64,000 nt of DNA from Longimicrobiales bacterium (GTDB lineage: Bacteria; Gemmatimonadota; Gemmatimonadetes; Longimicrobiales; Gaopeijiaceae). The notes beneath the pieces were generated by a model. It saw only the letters and a list, made by a program, of their open reading frames with translations, did not search any database and was not told the DNA's origin. Numbering within the stretch: the first letter of the stretch is position 1; every line of letters starts with the position of its first letter. Shown here piece after piece: positions 60,405 to 64,000 of this stretch. The position numbers were made by a program, and so were the translations under genes. The DNA lies in the NCBI GenBank assembly GCA_965226375.1, contig CBDDCX010000008.1, positions 1,024,001 through 1,088,000 on the forward strand. Reading direction: 5' to 3'.

Positions 60405-60776
60405 CTAGTTCTCGTCCAGCGGTTTTCTGCGGAGCGACTTGCGAGCCGAGCGTTCTTTCTTGATGCGGAGACGGCGTTCATGTGCGCGTCTAGGGACTTT
60501 CGTAGGGACGCGACGCTTTGGGGTTCTGTGCAACGCCGCCAGCTTTCTGCGGAGTGTTCTGAGGGCGGCCTTCTTGTTCCCGTGCTGGCTTCGCAAACTA
60601 CGACCGGTGGCGACAAGGCCACTCGGCACATGAGTGAGGCGCACGCCGCTCTCCGTCACGTTCTGGTGCTGTCCGCCCTTGCCTCCCGACCTGAACGTGT
60701 CGACCCGGCACTGGGCCAGGAGCTCTTCGTCCAATTTCGGGATCGGAACCGGGGTGTCCGAATGGTGTTCAGCCAT
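60405..60776 (-). CDS. arfB: Alternative ribosome-rescue peptidyl-tRNA hydrolase ArfB-like
   Basis: RSGGKGGQHQN, RSQHGNK, basic tail RRVPTK...RRLRIKK. Confidence 0.85.
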   Translation of the reverse strand: MAEHHSDTPVPIPKLDEELLAQCRVDTFRSGGKGGQHQNVTESGVRLTHVPSGLVATGRSLRSQHGNKKAALRTLRRKLAALHRTPKRRVPTKVPRRAHERRLRIKKERSARKSLRRKPLDEN

Positions 60777-60797
60777 CAGCTAGTCTTCGTCAGACTT

Positions 60798-60964
60798 CTA
60801 GTGGACTGTATCCGATGTTGTGGTGACATTCGAGCGGCGATGCATCCCGCCCGGCTTCGTTAGGACTCCTCGCAGTAGCCCTGCTATTACTCGTCGTCCT
60901 GCCTTGCCGGATCGGGCGCCTCGCCACTCTCGGTGTCTACCAAACATCAGATACAGTCCACTAG
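60798..60964. mobile_element. MITE-like non-autonomous element (167 bp)
   Basis: Terminal IR CTAGTGGACTGTATC(C/T)GATGTT, 21/22 match, CTAG at both ends. Confidence 0.72.
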
Positions 60965-61065
60965 TCCTTGGACGGCGCACGGCCTGTAGCGATGTTTGAC
61001 AGCATGCCTACTGCCATCGAGCCGACTCACCGCACGATCACCACGCTTCTCACGCGAAACCTTAG

Positions 61066-62199
61066 ATGATCTTCGAACGGACCGACACCCCTGGAGCCCG
61101 CTTTCTTCTCATGGGAGCGAGTTTCGTAATCGTCGTAGCCGGGCTGAGGCTGGGTGCCAGCATGCTGCTGCCCTTTGCGGTAGCCCTTTTCATCGCGGTC
61201 ATGAGCATGCCGCTCATGTTCTGGCTCCAACTACGTCGCGTTCCGGCGCCGCTGGCCGTTTGCCTTACGATGCTGGTTATCGGCGCGCTTCTCGGTGGTA
61301 TCATCCTTCTCGGCACTCAGTCCGTGGCGGAGCTTCAGACACAGCTGCCGGGCTATCAGGATCGGCTCCGCATTCTCTACCAGTCGTGGGTGGACGGACT
61401 GAGCACTCGGTTCGGCGTCCCCTTGGATCAGTACCTCACATTGAGTCTGATAGACCCGGGCGCAGCCATCGGCTTCTTTGGCCAAACCGCGGCTCGGGTG
61501 GTCGGGTTCTTGGGGAATACGTTTGTGGTCCTACTGATCATGGCGTTCATCCTCGCGGAGGCGACGGTCTTGCCGTTCAAGTTCAGGGCGATTCTGGGAC
61601 CCAAGGCAGGTGACGGACGCCGGATGACGAAGGTGATCCGGGAAGTTCAGGAATACCTCGGAATCAAGACGGCGGTGAGCCTGGCTACGGGCCTTCTCAT
61701 CGGCCTTCTCGCTTGGTTCTTGGGGCTCGACTTCCCGGTTTTGCTGGGACTCATCGGATTCGTGATGAACTACATTCCCACCGTGGGGTCGATTCTGGCG
61801 GCTGTCCCGGCGCTCGTGCTCAGCCTGCTGCAGTTCGGCACCCTCGGACACTTTCTGGCGGTGGCCATCTCCTATGGAGCGGTCAACACCGTGTTCGGGA
61901 ACATCATCGAACCGAACCTCATGGGAAGACGTCTGGGTCTGTCCACCCTTGTGGTGATCCTCTCCCTGTTATTTTGGGGTTGGCTCTGGGGACCGGTTGG
62001 AGCGCTTCTGGCCGTGCCACTCACCATGGTGGTGAAGATCATGCTCGAGAACACCGAAGATCTCCGTTGGATGGCGATTCTCCTCGACAAGTCTCCGCCG
62101 CAGGCCGCGGGATCCTTCGGTCCCCGCACACCGTCGAGTCTGGACAGCCCTGAGAGTCCTGACACGCCGGCAAATCCGAACGAGATGGGAGTAGCTTAA
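61066..62199 (+). CDS. AI-2E family transporter
   Basis: YLGIKT.VSL.TG, NYIPTVGS, IEPNLMG..LGLS, WGWLWGPVG.LLAVP. Confidence 0.92.
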   Translation: MIFERTDTPGARFLLMGASFVIVVAGLRLGASMLLPFAVALFIAVMSMPLMFWLQLRRVPAPLAVCLTMLVIGALLGGIILLGTQSVAELQTQLPGYQDRLRILYQSWVDGLSTRFGVPLDQYLTLSLIDPGAAIGFFGQTAARVVGFLGNTFVVLLIMAFILAEATVLPFKFRAILGPKAGDGRRMTKVIREVQEYLGIKTAVSLATGLLIGLLAWFLGLDFPVLLGLIGFVMNYIPTVGSILAAVPALVLSLLQFGTLGHFLAVAISYGAVNTVFGNIIEPNLMGRRLGLSTLVVILSLLFWGWLWGPVGALLAVPLTMVVKIMLENTEDLRWMAILLDKSPPQAAGSFGPRTPSSLDSPESPDTPANPNEMGVA

Positions 62200-62702
62200 T
62201 GCCGAGAGTACCGTTCGAGACGCTCCCAGACGCATCACGTCTCTGGGTCTTCGGCGTAGGAAGAGACCTCGAAGAAGCTGAAGAACAGTCCTTCCTCAGC
62301 GCTGTGGACCGATTCCTCGACACATGGGCCGCACACGGCGTCACGCTGCGATGCGGTCGGGACTGGCGCCATGGCCGATTCCTGCTCGTTGCGGTTGACG
62401 AGGCGTCAGAGCCCCCGTCGGGATGCTCCATCGACGCCATGGTCGGTGTTCTCAAAGATCAGGAAAAGGTCTTGGGTGTGCCGATCGTGGACAGCTCGCC
62501 GGTCTGGTTCCTGCAGGCCGACCAGGTTCACCGGTTGTCGCGCGCGGACTTCCAACGACTGGTCGAGGACGGTACGGTCGATGCTGAGATGGTGGTCTTC
62601 GACAACACCGTTACGCGCCTGACCGAAGAGCGGGCGGGCCGGTGGGAGAGACCCGCTCGTGAGAGTTGGCACCGAAAGGCCTTCTTCCGGCACCTCGACT
62701 AG
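62199..62702 (+). CDS. Conserved hypothetical protein
   Basis: LP..SRLWVF, WAAHG..L, SGCSID, VFDNTV, SWH motifs. Confidence 0.75.
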   Translation: MPRVPFETLPDASRLWVFGVGRDLEEAEEQSFLSAVDRFLDTWAAHGVTLRCGRDWRHGRFLLVAVDEASEPPSGCSIDAMVGVLKDQEKVLGVPIVDSSPVWFLQADQVHRLSRADFQRLVEDGTVDAEMVVFDNTVTRLTEERAGRWERPARESWHRKAFFRHLD

Positions 62703-62731
62703 TCGAAACCGAGACGAGAATCGATGGCAGT

Positions 62732-62765
62732 AAAAAGCGCCCCGGCCGATGCCGAGGCGCTTTCT
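62732..62765 (-). terminator. Intrinsic terminator between convergent genes
   Basis: AAAAAGCGCC-CCGGC-CGAT-GCCG-AGGCGCTTT hairpin, U-tract on the cspA strand. Confidence 0.7.
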
Positions 62766-62804
62766 AAATCCGATGGACCGCTGTACGGTCCGGAGTGACT
62801 CGGA

Positions 62805-63011
62805 TCAGGTCAGTCTTGTCACATTTTCTGCGGCCGGACCCTTGGGACCCTCTCCCATGTCGAATGCCACGCGGTCACCCTCGGAAAGGCCCTTGAAGCC
62901 CTCGCCCTGGATCGCGGAGTAGTGTACGAAGCAATCGCCGTCACCTTCGTCGGGGGTTATGAATCCGAACCCCTTACTGTCGTTAAACCACTTAACGGTC
63001 CCCTCGGCCAT
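62805..63011 (-). CDS. cspA: Cold-shock protein
   Basis: [30 protein letters not shown]. Confidence 0.95.
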   Translation of the reverse strand: MAEGTVKWFNDSKGFGFITPDEGDGDCFVHYSAIQGEGFKGLSEGDRVAFDMGEGPKGPAAENVTRLT

Positions 63012-63156
63012 GCACCAACTCCCTCATCAGTCGTTCGGCGGGCCACGCACCTTGCGAGTGCCCATGCGTCCTCATAAGGACGGCGCCACTGTACCCGCTT
63101 TCGATGTCCGGGTCAAGTTGGACTGACGCGCCAAGGCGGGACCCGAGCCTGTTACG

Positions 63157-64000
63157 TCAGGTGGCGGGAAGCAGTCCGTACCGGTGACGGAGAAAGGCGG
63201 CGGCCTCTCGTTCGGCCCAGAAGGATGCGCCCCAGGGTAACGCCCCCTCGACGAAGCCCACGTGGCCACCCGTATTGGTCATGACGAGGGTCAGGTCGGG
63301 ATTGTCGGCGATAGTGGCTCGCGGGACTGCGGAAGACGGCAGGAACGGGTCATTGAGAGAGTGAAGGAGCAGGGTCGGGGTTCGGATTCTCGCGACGAAC
63401 TGATTGGAACTGCACTGTCGGTAATAGTCATCGGCGCCTGCAAAACCATGGAGAGGCGCCGTCACGGCGTCGTCGAAGGCCCTCATCGTCGCCCGTTCAC
63501 TCACGGTGCTCAAGTCGAGCAGGTTCTCGAGCAACGCCTGCTTCGCTCGAACCTTGCCCATGAGCGATTTGACGAAGTATCGAGTGTAGACGTGAGCCAT
63601 CACACCGTGTTCGAGCGCCGTCGCCCCTGCCGAAAGGTCGTAGGGGACGGAGATCGCGACGGCGGCCGAAATAGGGAAGCTGCCACGGTCGGCCTGTTCT
63701 CCGAGGAACTTCAGCAGGATGTTCCCGCCCAGGGAAAAACCCACCGCCATGATCGGTCGTCCGGGGAAACGATTTCGGAGTAGCTCCACCACCAGGGCCA
63801 CATCCTCGGTCTCACCGGAGTGATAAAAGCGTGGGGCCCGATTCATCTCTCCGGAGCAGCCTCGAAAGTTGAGTCCCACAGAGCGCAGACCTTGTCGAGA
63901 CAGGGCCTGAAACATCTCGATCACGTATCCCCGCCGGGTGTGTCCTTCGAGACCGTGGAGCACCAGAACCACCGGCCCCGCAGAATCCGTCTCGGGTATC
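63157..64000 (-). CDS. YheT-like alpha/beta hydrolase (5'-truncated by window edge)
   Basis: HGLEG, NFRGCSG, YHSGETED, GFSLGG, DPF, GGHVGF. Confidence 0.9.
   Translation of the reverse strand, partial: IPETDSAGPVVLVLHGLEGHTRRGYVIEMFQALSRQGLRSVGLNFRGCSGEMNRAPRFYHSGETEDVALVVELLRNRFPGRPIMAVGFSLGGNILLKFLGEQADRGSFPISAAVAISVPYDLSAGATALEHGVMAHVYTRYFVKSLMGKVRAKQALLENLLDLSTVSERATMRAFDDAVTAPLHGFAGADDYYRQCSSNQFVARIRTPTLLLHSLNDPFLPSSAVPRATIADNPDLTLVMTNTGGHVGFVEGALPWGASFWAEREAAAFLRHRYGLLPAT

Overview
GC-rich bacterial chromosome segment; SusC/SusD, barrel-less TonB-plug-like proteins and the gene style suggest Gemmatimonadota (inference). 1-51.6 kb is mostly nutrient scavenging and catabolism: a sulfatase, M28/M20 peptidases, creatininase-family enzymes, a TRAP transporter, Tat-exported class V PLP enzymes, a Rieske oxygenase, a P450, a PQQ dehydrogenase with a diheme cytochrome c, proline-racemase and SHMT paralogues, and SusCD. 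It carries an IS1595 and an IS256, each with visible target duplications. From tRNA-Arg(TCT) at 51.65 kb to about 58.7 kb lies a decayed island. Its tyrosine integrase is split into three pieces by two inverted IS3 copies (identical ORF translations) and a nested second IS3, with the middle part inverted. This is followed by an IS110 stub abutting an integron-type gene cassette with a clear attC site, although no intI is seen. Core-like genes resume afterwards (arfB, AI-2E transporter, cspA, YheT-like hydrolase), with a 167-bp MITE among them. Best candidates for something undescribed: the orphan attC cassette array with IS110 at a cassette boundary; a stand-alone RnfD-like/Sel1 membrane protein with an FGE-like protein upstream of a cytochrome c and a lanthanide-motif PQQ enzyme; and three barrel-less plug-domain proteins. 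All calls come from motif recognition by eye; no database searches were run.
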